This document shows, in pieces, positions 34,824 to 48,171 of a DNA stretch of 64,000 bases. The notes under the pieces are model-generated. The model saw nothing but the letters and a program-made list of their open reading frames with translations, did no database searches and was not told the DNA's origin. The position numbers were made by a program, and so were the translations under genes. Origin of the DNA: Takakia lepidozioides. Taxonomy: Eukaryota; Plantae; Bryophyta. The stretch lies in the NCBI GenBank assembly GCA_030704615.1, contig CM060733.1, positions 43,958,001 to 44,022,000 of the forward strand, given 5' to 3'. The stretch's first letter is position 1; each line of letters starts with the position of its first letter.

Positions 34824-36170
34824 TAATGTTAGAGGACTGTCTGGGACTTAGACACTTTTACAGGATCTGTGGGGTACCCTTAATTTTTGCATAGACTGAG
34901 ACCAACAGGAGCCTTAGGGGTGACAGCAGCGCACTTTAGGGGGGGTTACACAGCCCGTCACAGCCAACACAGCTCATCACAGTCCGACACAGCCCGTCAC
35001 AGCCAACACAGCTCGTCACAGTCCGACACAGCCCGTCACAGCCAACACAGCTCGTCACAGTCCGACACAGCTCGTCACAGCCAACTCAGTCCGACACAGC
35101 CGACACAGCCAGTCACAGCTTGACACAGCTGACACAGTCCAACACAGTCGCACAGCCAGTCACAGCTTGACACAGCTGTCACGACCATAGGGAACGGATA
35201 GCAGGACAGGGAACGACTGTGGGGAACAACATCTGCGAATGGAACATGTTAGTTCACGGGTGACGGTTAGTGAGGGAAACGGTTAGAACAACGGGTAGGA
35301 AGATAAAGCGAGGAGCGAGGATTGGAAAATGAGCACTTCTTGGGGAATCACTGCTGGAAAGAGTGGGGGAGCACTTCTTGGGGGGGGGGTTGCTATTCCA
35401 TGAGCTCATGAGCTCATGAGCGGGCATGGCTCACCCATGAGCCGCAAAGTAACACACTTCGAATTTCGGCAGATTTTTTTCAGGCCCAAAACTATAAAAT
35501 AATCAAAAATCGAAGATTTCCGCACTCATGCTGGAAGCACTCCGCTCATGAGTACCAGTGTACGCTCATGACTTGGAGCCCAGGCTCATGGACCGCCAGG
35601 CCAGGTCATAGAAAAACTGAATTCTGGGCAATAACGGCACCGAAATTATCCCAGAGGCGGAGACGCAAGCGGAATTAGGATCCGGGTTTGCAGACTCCGA
35701 AAACGCAATGGCGACCTATAACCGTGGATAGTACTTTTGCAGAAGTGCAGGATGGTTGGGTATAACGGCGCCGTAATTGGGCACAGGAAAAGAAATAGCC
35801 GGCTGAAGGCTCGGGAGTGAAGCCAACAACGGTGAAAGTAATTGGGCTCCGCCAACCAAATACCCGGCTGCATCCTCCGGAGTGCAGGCGATAACGGCGC
35901 CGAAATGGGCCCCGGAAACCAAATACTCGGCTGAAGCCACCGGAGTGCAGCCGATAACGGCGCCGAAATTGGGTCCGGAAACCAAATACCCGGCTGAAGG
36001 CTGGGGATTGCAACCAATAACGGCACAGAAATTGACCTATAGAAACAAAATTCTCGGCTGAAGCTTCCGCACTCCATCCAATAACGGCGCCGAAATTGGG
36101 CTCCGGAGAGCAAATACCCGCCTTACGGTGAGGGAGGCCCTGCTCTCATTTTTCTCTTCACTCTTCTCTG

Positions 36171-36770
36171 TTGTGCCCATCTCCTCCCTGCTTTGAGTTC
36201 GTGCTGTGTCGTGAGGCCATGTCGTGCCCAAATCACATCTATCGACGCCAGACGGGAGTCATTTTCCCGAAAGCAGACGACATCATTGTCTTCCTGGATG
36301 TTTACAGGGACGATCCTCGACTTGTCCAGCTGAGAGCAATGGAGTTTCTTCCAGGATTGCACGATTCTCCTGGACCCCGGCTGGGGAGCAGGTGGTTCCT
36401 ACGCATCATGGACCTGGACTTTCCGCATGAGTGGGAGCCGAACAGATCACGCACAGCGTTGCTGTATCGCTGGAATTGTTGCGAGTGGACGTATGATGAG
36501 TGCATAGGTGAAAACTTTACGCGTGGACGGACTGGCTCGGAAAGTGGGGACATTCTCTTCAGTTATGAGGATGAGGAGGAGGGGAACACAGGGCCCACTG
36601 TGAAAATGTCCTTCTACCAAGGGGGCGCTATCGATCAACACGACATCCTCGTTAGTTTCAACCGGGCGACAGAAACCACTGACATTCTGTTCAAATATAG
36701 GCACCCGGTCACTCAGGAGGTCCTTGAGAGGCCAGTTAGAGTTCCTTCTTCTTGGGCGAGGGGACCATAG
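36171..36770 (+). CDS. Third MULE ORF (about 185-199 aa, unknown function), intact copy in B
   Basis: Uninterrupted ORF. WFLRIMDLDFP...ALLYRWNCCEWTY is conserved with the C copy WLLRILDSDFP...ALL..RWNCCHWTW. Confidence 0.75.
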   Translation: MCPSPPCFEFVLCREAMSCPNHIYRRQTGVIFPKADDIIVFLDVYRDDPRLVQLRAMEFLPGLHDSPGPRLGSRWFLRIMDLDFPHEWEPNRSRTALLYRWNCCEWTYDECIGENFTRGRTGSESGDILFSYEDEEEGNTGPTVKMSFYQGGAIDQHDILVSFNRATETTDILFKYRHPVTQEVLERPVRVPSSWARGP

Positions 36771-37449
36771 GTCTTGCGTGCTAGAGTAGACATGTTTCGA
36801 CTCGCCGACACTCATGGCACATACATTTTCATTTAGAAATCAAGCAGCTTCCCTCATATGGGGAATATACATGCTTGGATAATCTTCTGTTAAGGTTTTT
36901 TGCAATTCACTGCCAGTATGTTGGGACGTGTCCTTTGTCGTATGGATTGCTGTTTGCACAAGGTGCAGTATGCAAATGTTGGAATGTGCAGTAGGACCCT
37001 TCCCACTGGGACACAGAACTAGCAATCTTGTAAAGGCATCACATTTGCAGAACAGTAACAATGTATTTGTAGCAAATTGGAGTCTTCTCATAAAAGTGGA
37101 CGAAAACGCCAGGATGGGCTGCGAAATCACTACAAATTGAATGAAGAACAGTAACAAGGAAGCACTATGCAGTACACAGACCATAAACGGCGCTGAAAAA
37201 GGCCTCAATGCCCGTTAATCTCCACACAATGTATGCTTTACTCGGATCCATTTGTAGACAACCAAAATAAAAAAAGCATGCGCATGCCATTCATGGCCAA
37301 AAACCACATTCTCATGTATTGCGGCACCGAAATTCACCTGTAGCCATGGCGATGCGGCACCACCAAGTGTATAATTCCTCACAAAAAAATAGGGTGCAAG
37401 AAGATGAATGTAATATAATTGCCACTTTCTCCTTCCCGAATGTGGAATG

Positions 37450-39030
37450 TCAAGCAGTCCGACCAGTATCCTGCCGTAGGGCCTTGTGCAGCTCGTTGAA
37501 ACTCAGTGTTGGAGCATGGATGAAGACGTCCACTGCGGATATGCAACTCATGCGCTTCAGAAAAATGTAATAAAGGTGTTTGCAGGGGACGTATGCTGCA
37601 TTCTTCGATTCCATAACAAGGAAGTCCTCACAGTTGCAAGCTGGGTACTGTGAAACCGTGATTGCATACACGACACTGCGCGCAGCAGACCCGGCTGTTG
37701 ACAACTGAAATATGCGCCCCATCCCGGGGTGAGGAACATCCCTACAACCTTGCACTATGCAGGGCATTGCAAGAGCGTTGGCCATCCTGGTGTCGTTCGC
37801 CTTTGTTGGTGGCCGCCGTCTTTTCAGTTTCCCCCACCGATGGGTGGGCCAAGCTGCGGGGTCACCCAGCGGTATGCGGGGCGAAGAGCTTCTCGTGGGA
37901 GGAGGATGACGACTGGGAATTGGATTTCGTGGAACGTCTGTCCTCTCCACCAGTCAAAACCCTGCACTTCCTAGAGCGTCTGCCTCCTCTAGGGTAAGAT
38001 CTGTACCAGTTGCCACAGGCCAGACTACCGGTGGTTCAGGCATGCCTTGTACACCATACTTGGGCTTGCCGAACACACACGACATGATGTCATGCCTGCA
38101 TAACCAAAACTACTTCAGTGTGGCCTCCACAAACTTTGCGCACACAAATCTCCCTGTGAAAGCAAAGGGCAGGCACACCGCCCTGCGGGCTCCTCCGAAT
38201 CATCTCATTGCATCTCTGGTTGGTATCGACACGAACAGCACAACATTTGCCACGAAATGTCGGACGGGTCCGTGCAATTCTCCACTGCGAGGCCGACATA
38301 TGGATTGGAGTTTTGTCGTAATCAAGCCCAAGAAGGTCACTGGAGCGGGAACCCGTTGTCTTCATCCTCCGCAATATGTCGATTACTGAGCGGACGGAAG
38401 TTGAGTCGGACGGTGTATGCTGAACACTCCTAGTGACGGACGACTTCGAAACATACGATGGAAGGACCATACAGTCTTCATCGTCACTGGATAAGTCGTG
38501 GACTACTGTTTCCCTGTTTTCCTGGATTTCCCTTTTCACATGTTTAGGCTTCTCTGCTTGTGAAGAGGTGCCCACATCCTTCACATCTTGCACGCCAGAC
38601 CCTCTTTTGGAAGGAGGATCAACCAAGTTCCAGCGTGGGAACTCTTTAGGCACGATTTCACCAATGGCACTGTACCGGATGGATTCAGAAGCTGGGAGCC
38701 GCCACTCTTTGCCTTTTCTGAAATCTGCATGCAGAATGACGGCACTTTCCAGAAAATTTCCAGAAGCATCCTTCGTCTCCTCTTCCAAAAACACCGTTCC
38801 AGGGCAGAGCCCGAACTTCACACACAAGTACTGCTCAGTGACAATCGCAAATCCTTGGTCGCAGGTATTTTAGCTTTCAGAGAATCAGGATGGAAGTACA
38901 CGTTTACCCAAACACGAGAGTCCACGATGAAGACGGGACCTCTCGGTACGCTCCGCAGCGAAGTCCTGCAATGAGAAGAGTGTGTCCTACCTAATAACAC
39001 AAATGACTTTCTGGAGGATTCTGTATCCAA
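37450..39030 (-). pseudogene. Transposase remnant in B (N-terminus fused to C-terminal Cys-rich and SWIM part; GCM and DDE deleted)
   Basis: KFGLCPGTVFLEEE matches C KFKLKPGTVYLEEE. Junction LDYDKTP|SASQWRIART near 38305. SWIM motif CNCEDF...CKH. Confidence 0.85.
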
Positions 39031-39169
39031 CAGGATGGGTGATCAGTGCACGTAAAGATGAAGGTGTATAACGTACGTTACAAAAATGGACGACAACAAC
39101 AAGTTCACATCGGATATTTGGTGCCTGAATTGTAATGTACAACCACTTGGGCTACAATAAATCAGGCCT

Positions 39170-40800
39170 TCCCATGAATTTCGGCACTGAAATCTGGATG
39201 AACATCTCTGTCATGTAACAGCTTTGGAAGCCAGGGGATGAATTCCGGCGACAGAAATCGTAATTTGTTCACCTCATGAAACTGACCAAGCACCCAACGG
39301 ATGGATTTCGGTGCCGAAATTCGGATGAACATCTTCTTCATCAAATTGTTTTTGCACATAAGGGTTGAATTTGGATGCCAAAATACGGATAAATGTGTTC
39401 CTGATTATAGTCGTGATTCACCACGTGTCCGGATATCGGTGCCGACATCCGAATGACAGTAATCCTGAATCGGCCGAATGGATGTATTTCGGTGCCAAAA
39501 TTCATTCTTCATCTCCTTTTCCGACCCTAATTCTGCTGCCCTGCGGATGGATTTCGGTGCCGAAATTCATCTGAAGTTTTTTTTTTTTTTTTTTTTGACA
39601 GATGAACTTCGGCGCCGAATCTCATCCAAGTACTCCCTTCTAATTTTCCTTTTTCTTCGCGAGCAATGAATCGGCGCCGAAATTCATCCGAAGTCCTCCC
39701 GAATTTATTTTTTTCCCTTCGCGAGCAATGAATTTCGGCGCCGAAATTCATCCGAAGTCCTCCCGAATTTTTTTTATTTTCTTCGCGAGCAATGAATTTC
39801 GGCGCCAAAATTCAACCGACTTCATCCCTCCAAATTCTTTTCAGGGTTTGGGCGCCGGATTTCGGCGCCCAAATTCATCCAATGCCCTCTCTCCAATATT
39901 TATTTTTCTTTGAAATGGATGAATTTCGGCGCCAAAATTCATCTTTACTGTCCGCAATGAGTAACTCTAATATTACATTTTCTATGCGACGGATGAATTT
40001 CGGCGCCGAAATTCGTCAAAACCCGACACTTACTTTTTGCTTCTGGATGATATAATTTTTCGTAAATCGTTGGAAATACCCCGTTTCGACGAAGATAACA
40101 GGAATATTCTGCATTTAATGGAGAAATCAGCATATTGAACCCCTTCTGTCAAAATTAATTGCATTCTAGCCATTTTTTTCATTTGAAACCGACAGTATCC
40201 ATTAAGTGGTCTTTTTCGCACGAGACGTTGCCGCACATAAAGTATAATTTCGGCGCCGAGATTATAGTTAAATGTCCAGAAATGGCAAGTCCAACAGGCA
40301 TGGACATCATCCGTCAGGGTCAATGATGGCGGCAAAGCGTAGCATGGTGCCGATTTAGTCTTCGCTCTGGATGAATTTCGGCGCCGAAATATGGATGATT
40401 TCACCTCGTCTACGCGCGGACGGAGATATTCGTAATGAATTTCGGCGCCGAAATATGGATGAAATGTGCCCAAGTGCAGCCGTTTCCACTATCCCGGAAT
40501 TAATTCCGGCTCCGATATCCCAATGACAGGTTTGCTCATGACGGATGAGGACTTGGGAAGCGATGAATTGCGGCGCCGAAATTCGTAAGTTTGTGTATGA
40601 AAGCACTTGAATAGGATGAATTTCGGCGCCGAAATTCATCCGTCCGCTGATGAAACGTACCGACCTGACTGTTGAATGTCATAGGCAGGGGATTTTCATG
40701 GCGGTTGGGTTTCATGATGTGCGGATATTTCATTTAATGCTGGCTGCTCCGGGAACAGCATCCGGTGAACGGAAGGTATTTCGGTGCCGCAATTTGGATA
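39170..40800. repeat. GAATTTCGGCGCCGAAATTC palindrome array in B
   Basis: Counterpart of A 2030-3650. Further copies at 43400-43680. Confidence 0.93.
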
Positions 40801-41044
40801 AACCGTCTTGTACTGGTGGCTGGAACTGGCACGCGTCGTGTTCCAGTCGACTTCATCCGTGCGAACGTGTCAGGGGTCAAAATCTCTTCATCACTCATAC
40901 GGCAGAAAGTGGTGGACGGTGGCAACGCTTCGGGAGACATGGCTGCTTACGCATCTGCTCGTGCATAGTGGTTGCATGTTCCACCGCTTCGCTCTCTCGC
41001 TCCTTGCCATTCTGCAGTGACATTCTCCTGCGTTTCCTCTCCTT

Positions 41045-43157
41045 ATGCGACATAGTGGTAGCATAGAGTTTGTGGAAGGTCAGGCGACTCCAGCAAAGAG
41101 AAGGAGGACGCGGGATTTTGGGAAGCCGCCGACGACACGACTTAAGCTCTGTCTCATGCATGAAATGCAGACCTCGTTATCCGGAGACTCGGATCGCCCA
41201 CCAGTGAGAGATTCGTGCTTCGCGGATGTGAAGCACTCCATACGCAATATTCTTTTTACACCTTTTTTTTTGCGTGCAGTGTCTCATGTTTTCCTGTTTG
41301 TTTGACATGGGAGCTGGGGAGGGATCGCAGGGGGGCGAGGCAACACAGTCAACTTTGGATACTCCTGCCCGGGTGCTGCGCTCGCAAGGTGGAAGTGCAT
41401 CGAGGCAGGCGAGTCCTCATTCAACACCTCAGATATCGCCTCAGAAAAGCCCACCTAGAGTTTGGAAGCCGAGGAAGCAGAAGGAGCCCATGGCTTCGCC
41501 AGTAAAACCCCTAGGGAGACTGGAAGCGGAGATATTGGGTTTGCAGTCAATTTCAGAAAACACGGATGTGGTGGAGGATGCTAGAGATGTGGGAGTCGGA
41601 TCTACAGAAGGGCGGCCCATTCAGGTGACAGAAAGAGAGGACGACAACGTGGTACGACTTGGCGACGATCAGAACCTGCTGGAGCTTGCGGAGGAGCAAA
41701 ACCTCCAGGACAGTAGACAGGCTGGTGAGAGGGGTGAGGGAAGTGACAGAGGTGATAGAAGTAAGAAACTCGTGGTGGGTATGTTCATGAGCGCACGAGA
41801 CATGAACATAGCAGCAAACAGGTTGCTGGCAGAGACTCATAGCAACATAGGCCGCGTTTTGGGCTCCATGGTGTATCCGGAGAACCTCAAAGTTCCTTTG
41901 TGTCGCATGGTAGGCCTTCCAGTTGTAAGGCAAGCACTGCCAGGGGATATCGATCGACTGAAGCACAACTTCAGAGAAGGGTACAGACGGGGGTCGGCAG
42001 CATTCTACGTTTCCATTGAGAATGACCAGGGTGTCACAAGGGGCCCCATTGCAGAGGAGCTTCAGAATTGGGGCCCCCACTGGCACACTGTTAATGCCGA
42101 GTTTGAAGCCTATCTGAAGACTAATCCCACATTCGCACACATGGAAGGGAAGATGTTCTTCGTTTGGGACGGGAACCACAGGATGCTTGCCTGGACAGAG
42201 TACATTGCTGAAATGCATCCGCAAGATATCAGTTGGCATTACATGGTGGACTGCATTGCGAGGAAGTGACTCATTCTTGAGTTTGGCTGTGGTTGTGTCG
42301 TATGAATTTGCAGGTGCCTGTATGTGGGCGGGAAGGATGTCAAACCGATTTGTGTTCTCATTTGAGGGGGATACGGCCTTGTACGATTACAATTTGGCGG
42401 GCCTTCAGCGTCTGCCTCCGACTGAGGATCCCAAAAATGCAGAAGAGGACGTGGAAGGGGAGGAGGAAGATGAAAAGGAGGAAGTCCAGGAAATTCGTTT
42501 GATGCAGGGGCGCCCGAAGCCGCTTCCCCCAATGCCTGTCTTCGAGTGAGTTGCACCATAGTAAGTGTATTGGTTTCGGTTGTAGGGACCATGCAACCTG
42601 CCGATGATTCCCTGTTTGAATACTCTAATGTACTTATGTTTGTGCGTACACTCAGCCTTGCAGAGTCGTCCGACGAGGAGAAGCTGGGAGACTTGCCCGA
42701 ATCGGACCCTGTTGCAGAGGAGGAGACAGAATCGCATCGGACATTCTTTGCCAGAAAATCGTTTCTCGCGAGTCCCCAGAAGCCCTTTTTTCTACCAGCC
42801 TATGCAGACACGGCTGCCAGAGAAGCCATCAGGAGGGAGGATAGGCCTACTCGGTTAGAGCAATTGACATACGGGAATGAGCAGAGAATTATAATGAGGC
42901 GTGAGGCCAAACATAGAATTGTGAAAGGCAGAGTAGGGAAGTTCGTAATAGAATCCGCGTCCGAGAGCGAGGGGAATGTTGAGGACACTTCCGCACCCAG
43001 GTGGACAGTTCCGGCTGGTGAGGATGGTATTTTTGAGGGGAGGGCTTCTCAGAGTAACAGCGGTAGCGGCAGTGCAGGTTCGGAGGCAGATGGAAGGCAG
43101 CCATCCTTGCATGAGGCCGGGGATGCATCGGACAGTGATAGCGGATCCTCACCATAG
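41045..43157 (+). pseudogene. ParB-MTase-like gene remnant in B (ParB exon kept; middle and most of the MTase deleted)
   Basis: FFVWDGNHRMLAW in ORF 41274-42269, joined near 42260 (TGCGAGGA) to the intron before GACMWAGRMSNRFVFSFEGD. Confidence 0.85.
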
Positions 43158-44210
43158 CAAAGTCTCATTTGGATCCTTTTGTTGTACAGTTCTGAAAAAC
43201 TTAATGAAAATATTGACGATTTGAAAAATCATTGTGTTCAGACTGCTTGTCCGATTCCCTACATTTCTTCCGCCAACCAAAATGTATAATAAAAGCAGAA
43301 GAGACGCAAACTTCAGTGAAGAACCATACAAGTAATTTATGCACACCATCGAGCCGGGAACTTGAAGCCATGAAAGCCCTGCCGTTTCTAACATTCCTAT
43401 TGGGAAATTTGGCGCCGAAATAGCCCAGTGCGCACCTTCGTTATATGGGCCTCAAAAATTCCACGGATGAATTACTGCACCAAAATATCGCGATGGAAGC
43501 CTTCAGCACAAGGCACTTCAGCACATTCCACTTGGGTATTTCGGCGCCGAAATAGCCCGTTCTGCGCCATTAAATACCGCATTATATCACATTTTAAGAG
43601 GTAATTTCGGTGCCGAAATGGATGTCTTTAAACACCATTTTAGCACACTGTTATTGGGAATAACGGCGCCGAAATACCTCATTCCGCATCTTGGACCAGG
43701 AAAAACAGACCCTATTACCGAGGTAAGAGGACATAACACCGTCAATAAAGGCAAGAAAATTCCAATTCCGCGGATGCCCGCTCATGAGCTCATAGGCTCA
43801 TAGGCTCATGGGCTCATGAAATAGTAAACCTCCTTGGGGGGACTTCGGACATCACTAGGGGAAATGAGGCAAGCAGAAAGAGGGAGAGCACGGAGTAGGA
43901 GGAGGATGATCTGTTGATGCTTAATGAATGCAAGCAGTAGAATTGTAATGTAGAGCATATTAGAGACTCCATGGCTTCAGCCTGATACTTGATAGATATT
44001 AATCTGATACACACTTCATACTCACACTGTGTAGAGAGATCTGAGTGAAGCTGTGGAATGAATGGATGAGTTGATGGAATCCGATAGATTGCTGAAGCAA
44101 ACTGATACTTAATTACCAACAGTAAGGTAACTAGCTAACATGAATGCGGGAAGGAAAACAAATAGGAAACACCCCCATGATACACTAGCTGTAGGTCATG
44201 ACTAATTGTT

Positions 44211-45444
44211 CCTCCTCGGGCAACATCACGGGACCACGAGGGAGCGTGCGAATATTCTTGTCAGCTCGCCATGAATCCTCTTCCCCGCCAGGTGCCTCAT
44301 CAAGTCTTTGTCTCACTGGACGGGTATGAACATCTCCCAAATGTTGGCCTCTTCGAAGCAATGGCGTGTCCTGAAGGCCCTCTTGCAAGGCCGCCGCCCA
44401 CTTCCGAGGATTCTTCGATCTGGAGGCAGTCCGCATCAGCATTTCTTGCCTGTCCGGCCCCAAGCCCCACTGTTTCCCTTTCAAGAACTCGTTGTACCTG
44501 CATTGCTGCATAATTGACCTCACAATGTCCTCCGTTGTGGCAGTGAGGATGTCCACCAGATGCGCCGCAGAGGAGGCACGCCAGGAAGAATGCACTGATT
44601 CGGCCATGTTTGTCATGGGCATGTCGGTGTCGGAGTCAAGACACGTTTCCTGCACAAGCACATGTTGAGGTTACAAGCAAGTTACAAATAATGCCAAGAA
44701 TAATATTCAACGGGACGCGAATTCGTGCAACTCACCTCCCGCATATAGTCACCGAACTGGAGGAAATGATAATGCCACCATGCTAGCCAACTGACCATTG
44801 CTCCCTCGTCTGATTTCCTTACAGCACCTGACGATGTCCACCAAGCCCGTATACATGCAAACTGTGTCTCTACATCATCCAAGGTGGGAGCGCGCCTCCA
44901 CGCAAGACACATGGAACGGTGCTCCTCTCTGAAATCTGGCGCCACGAGCCTGGTTGTGTACTGCGAAAGGCTCTGCAGAAAATGGAACCCACAAGATCTC
45001 TCCTTGCCTTCCATGGGAACATTGGGGTCTTGCCCGTACACCCTTCGGATGGCAGCCCAATTTGCTTGTGCGTTGTCCACCATGAAACCACGGAAATCTG
45101 GAGGGGGCAATCCCGCCTTGGCCATCTGTTCGTTTATTCCCTGCCAAAGAAGCATCTCCAATTGTGTGTCCTCTCCTTTCATCTCACAAATAGCAACTGT
45201 CATTAGCATCCTGCAGTGGGTGTCGTAGACATGTGCACCCATTGTCACCCACTGGTGATTTGTAATTCGCTTGATATGGTCGAACATGACCCAACTGTTT
45301 GACAAGTCCCCACTCGTCATCCTGTTGACCAGTTCGACGCCGCTGCCAGGTCCACACGTGGACATTTTGAATACGAAACAACGATCTGCCTCAGTCCCTT
45401 GTCCTGGAAACCTACTTCCATGAATGTAGTCATATCCACATCGT
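44211..45444 (-). pseudogene. Transposase fragment F (C-like subfamily), DDE region
   Basis: MFDHIKR, FMVDNAQA, CGFHF, NMAESVH. Intron 44650-44735 at the conserved position. Confidence 0.9.
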
Positions 45445-48035
45445 CAGCGTAGCTACGGCGTGAGCCCAGCCCCGTGAGCCTGGGAGCTGAGCTCACGCTT
45501 CAAGGAAGCATGAGCGGCACAAATCTGCTGGAGAAGCAGGTCCTATAGGCGAGGATTGCAAGAAGAGGGCCTATTACCGTGGACAAAACAAAGGGGGCCA
45601 CCATGCACCATGTCTGCAATGCTTGCACAAAAAGAGGAATATGAAAATATGGCAGAATTGAGCTCTGAATGATTGACACACTTTATTTCAATTCACAGAT
45701 AGACGCTTACAATGAATGGCATGTGCATTTGCCCTGGTTCCGTGAACGAAATGTATGTGTTTGTCCTAAATGCAAAGTCTTCACACGGCAACCTGGAAAC
45801 CAGCATGGGAAGCGGGCATTGCTCGTATGTGTTCAAAGAGAATTTGGCGGAGCCCTACGTGAGGTGTCCCACTGCAGAAGGGTGATGACTTCTCCGTAGC
45901 CTAGTGTGGCTTGGTGAATGAATTGGTCTCTCTTACCGTCGCAACACATAATTACAAGGTATATGTAATATTGATGCTTGCAGGGGACCCACTTCCCTCT
46001 CATGCCGAGAGCGCCCTCACGCATCGTTACAAAATCCGGACAAGTGCAAGTAGGGAAATTCCCCACGGTAACTTGATATTCTTTGCCATGAAGAACTGAG
46101 CCAATAGACAACACTGTGTAAATCCGTCCATACCCCGGGGCAGGGACTTTGGTGATACGAGCCACCCGAGCCTGCAAAATTCTAGCCGATTCCATCTTGC
46201 ATTCGTGATCTGCACCCGAAGCGACACGGCGCACTGTTTTTCCATCTCTTTTTGTTGGGTGGGAGTCGGCACCGGGTGGAGGCATTGCCGGAGCATGTGG
46301 CACATCTGTGCCGACAGTGCACAAGGGCACCACTCGGGATCGTGCAAGACAAAACCCTCCCTCCTCCAGCATGCTTATCTCGGTTGTTGACAGCGACGTC
46401 CCAAGTTTCACAGGCCAAATTGCGGGGGGAGGGGGTTTCATTATCACCGAAGGACGAACTGTTCCCTTGACGCATCGTGCCATATCATCTGGGCAGAACC
46501 AGAACTTGTGGTCCTTTGACTCCCCACTATGATAAGGTCGGAACAACCATGTGAATGTTGGAGCTGGAGTCCTCCTGGAGCCTTTGCATATTTTTGATTT
46601 GCATTTCTTGAAAGAGGGGGTCCGAATTGCCATGCAAGCAACTCTAGATCCTGGTGGGGTGCATTCTGTATGCCACTCACTATCAATGCAATCAGATTCC
46701 TGCACCATGCCCACCACCTCCTCCAATGGGATTCTTGCTGCTGTGCTTGCATGTTCTGCACCTGCTCCACAGGAGGAGGACCCACCTGGGAAGGGGCTGG
46801 CACACGACTTAGTCTGCACTGGAGACACCTTTGGCACAGAGAAATTGACCCTGTCTGGGCGATGGGAATCTCCATCTGACCCTGGAAGAGTGTTCAATTT
46901 CCTTTTGCATGATCCAAATCTTTCCTCGCCTTCCAAATGAGGGAGCCTGGATTACAAAGGGGAGCCTTCAGTGCACCTGTTCAGAGCTCTGGCCATCTTG
47001 GATGGGTCTCCGGACCTACTCGCAGCCCTTAGCATCAACAAAGTTGTACCGGGGCCCTTGCCTCCACCCCATCCCATCAGAAAATTGCGGTACCTGGTTT
47101 GTTGTGTAAGTGCCCGCACCATGTCATCAGCAGTGGCCACATACAAGTCACGACCTGCTTTGGTAGATTGCTGCATCCAGGCATTATGAACAGTCTCCGC
47201 CAAATTACAGGATGGCATGTCGGCCAAGTCCTCCAAGGACATGTCCTGCAGGAGGCATTGCATGGAAATGTGAGGAAGGAAAGGAAATGGAAGAGGTTCT
47301 GCAAGCGACAATCCAAGAACCCCAAATGAAGAGGCACGATGCAAAATTTCTGATTTTGGGATTCAAGAGGCTTACCGTCGTCATGAAAACTCCCCACTAT
47401 CTGTATCTGAAGTGCCAGAAAACCAACCAGTCCTCCAACTCCTTCAGGTGGATACCAGTAGCAGCACCAGAGGAGAACCACCAAGCCCGGATTGCTTGGT
47501 AAGTGCTCTCAGCTTCTCCCATTGAGTTGGCATTTTTGTACTTGAGACAGAGCCTTCTGTGCTCCAACTGAAGGTCAGGGCGAATGCAGCGCTTTGTATG
47601 ACGTGCCAAAGATTGACTCCAATGGAAGAGGCATGTGCGCTCCCTATTTTCCATTGGGACCTTAGGATCCCCCAAACCAAACACGCGCCGCACTGCATTG
47701 AAATTTGCCTGTGCACTATCAGCCATGAAGCCCGCAAAATTTGTGTTCTGTATTCCATTGCGCTGCATGACGGCCAGGAGCGAATTCCACATGAGCATCT
47801 GGGATTCAGTGTCCTCCGACTGCATATCACAAATTGCTATTGAGAGCACACGCTGGTATGCTGGATCATACACATGGCACGCCATGGTTGTCCAACCCTT
47901 CACCCGTTTGTAGTGATCAAACATCAACCAACATTTAGCCAAATCTCCTCCAGGTTGCATTCGGCGGACAATGCTCACACCACTGCCTTTGCCCACTGCG
48001 GACATCTTGAACAAATATACCTTGGACGAGCCCTG
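45445..48035 (-). mobile_element. Element E right arm (D-like subfamily) with defective transposase 45833-48035
   Basis: Terminus CAGCGTAGCTACGGCGTGAGCCC resembles the D right TIR. Adjacent TSD copy CCACATCGT at 45436-45444. DDE and SWIM motifs, intron 47246-47375, in-frame stops at 47397 and 46952. Confidence 0.9.
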
Positions 48036-48171
48036 AGGAAATGGAGGCATTGTTGGAGTCGGTGTCCCACGTATGTTCACCGAATGTCCGAAACCACGTT
48101 GTCTGATGCAAACAGAAAATTGGGCGTGGCTCGGATATGCACTCCATTCTGGAGGTGAAGCGACGATGTGG
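48028..48171 (+). pseudogene. Upstream part of transposase F, inverted relative to 44211-45444
   Basis: SPEEMEALLESVSHVCSPNVRNHVV*CKQKIGRGSDMHSILEVKRRC aligns with C 60750-60900. Ends in TSD copy ACGATGTGG at 48163-48171. Confidence 0.85.

Larger units (their letters stand above)
35385..43832 (+). mobile_element. MULE-like element B, non-autonomous, about 8.4 kb
   Basis: TIRs GGGGGTTGCTATTCCATGAGC / GAGGTTTACTATTTCATGAGC. TSD CTTGGGGG(G) at about 35377-35384 and 43833-43841 (8-9 bp; G-run ambiguity). Confidence 0.92.
34827..44210 (+). repeat. 3' LTR of R1b, split by element B (LTR parts 34827-35384 and 43833-44210) and truncated about 100 bp before its end
   Basis: Both parts align to the reverse complement of LTR 27566-28514. 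Contains 39-bp ACAGC-rich repeats at 34947-35180. Confidence 0.85.

Noticed and set aside
27566-35384. The two R1 LTRs as the paired LTRs of one element
   Set aside because: They are in opposite orientation and visibly diverged; one is a 5' LTR (followed by a PBS) and the other a 3' LTR (preceded by a PPT) of different copies.
47397-48080. ORF 47397-48080 as a complete gene with its own start
   Set aside because: Its first residues come from inverted F sequence beyond the 48028-48035 junction, and it ends at a premature TAG.
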